Both the position numbers and the translations under genes were made by a program. The notes beneath the pieces are model-generated. The model searched no databases. It had not been told where the DNA came from and saw only the letters and a list, made by a program, of their open reading frames with translations. From contig JBMFSQ010000007.1 in the NCBI GenBank assembly GCA_049967475.1, positions 32,001 through 96,000 on the forward strand: a DNA stretch of 64,000 bases. Reading direction: 5' to 3'. Positions 63,416 to 64,000 of the stretch are shown here, in pieces. This stretch comes from Chthonomonadales bacterium. GTDB taxonomy: Bacteria; Armatimonadota; Chthonomonadetes; Chthonomonadales; CAJBBX01. Positions within the stretch are counted from its first letter, which is position 1, and the number at the start of each line of letters is the position of its first letter.

Positions 63416-64000
63416 ATGACCCGAAGGATCAAGCGATTTCGTTGCCTGGTGGCGTTTGCCGCCTGCGTGGTAATGGCCGGGGCACCTGCAGGATGCGGCA
63501 AGGGCACCGTGTGGTCCACGAAGGATGAGGTGCGCATCGGCCAGGAACTCTCCAAGGAGGTAGAGCATGAATACCGGGTGGAGCACGACACGGCCGATGC
63601 GCGGCGTGTTCAGCGCATCGGAGAGCGGCTGTTGGCCCACTCGGACGAGCGGCCCGGAGTTCCGTACTCGTTTACTGTGCTGGACACCAAGCAGGTGAAT
63701 GCCGTGTCTCTACCGGGCGGGCCCATCTACATTTACCGCGGGCTGCTCGACTTGGTAGGGAGCGACACGGATGCCCTCGCGTGCATCATCGGACATGAAA
63801 TGGGCCACATCAACGGGAGGCATATCGCGCACCAGTACACCAAAGAGTTGGAACTTCAGGGTCTTCTTACGGTGCTCTTGGGAGGCAAGAGTGCATCCGT
63901 CCAGAACCTTGCAGGGCTGGCGGAGGAGCTGCTGACGCTGAAGTTCAGCCGCGACGATGAGTACGAAGCGGATGCGCGAGGGTTATCGTATGCATACAAA
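63416..64000 (+). CDS. M48-family zinc metalloprotease, probable lipoprotein; runs off the window
   Basis: Not in the ORF track. Read by hand: signal ending 'AG|C', 'NA.SLPGG.IY...GLL', HEMGH, 'FSR.DE.EAD'. Confidence 0.88.
   Translation, partial: MTRRIKRFRCLVAFAACVVMAGAPAGCGKGTVWSTKDEVRIGQELSKEVEHEYRVEHDTADARRVQRIGERLLAHSDERPGVPYSFTVLDTKQVNAVSLPGGPIYIYRGLLDLVGSDTDALACIIGHEMGHINGRHIAHQYTKELELQGLLTVLLGGKSASVQNLAGLAEELLTLKFSRDDEYEADARGLSYAYK

Overview
GC-rich bacterial chromosomal window, almost all genes on the + strand. The gene content (DUF6785-type membrane protein, DUF1559-like prepilin, Firmicutes-like gene order together with an outer-membrane secretin) suggests Armatimonadota or a related diderm lineage; this is inference only. 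The centre is a ~34 kb type IV pilus (T4aP-like) locus at 11486-45361, lying between aroE and aroC-aroK-aroB. It contains pilB-pilT-pilC-pilD, four oversized pilin-like proteins (~300-1000 aa), two giant secreted beta-rich proteins (~1740 and 2690 aa), pilM/N/O/P-like genes, a truncated secretin N-terminal paralogue and a full secretin. Its unusual features are Gly-Phe (GGFG) low-complexity segments in both secretin-related proteins, a shared (P)MGGSMMGG Gly/Met motif in the PilN/O/P-like proteins, and a recurring 'xDxxxGx(I/V/L)xF' module in the giant tip proteins. The flanks hold housekeeping genes (ispA, rsmG, ParB-like, GH51, ruvX, mltG, aro, PASTA kinase, rpe, rib, msrB, htrA, hisJ) and a Clp1-like kinase/phosphatase pair. 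There is also a candidate antisense-strand small RNA and a structured pilM leader. No rRNA, tRNA, CRISPR array or mobile element was seen. All family calls come from motif recognition by eye; no database search was run.
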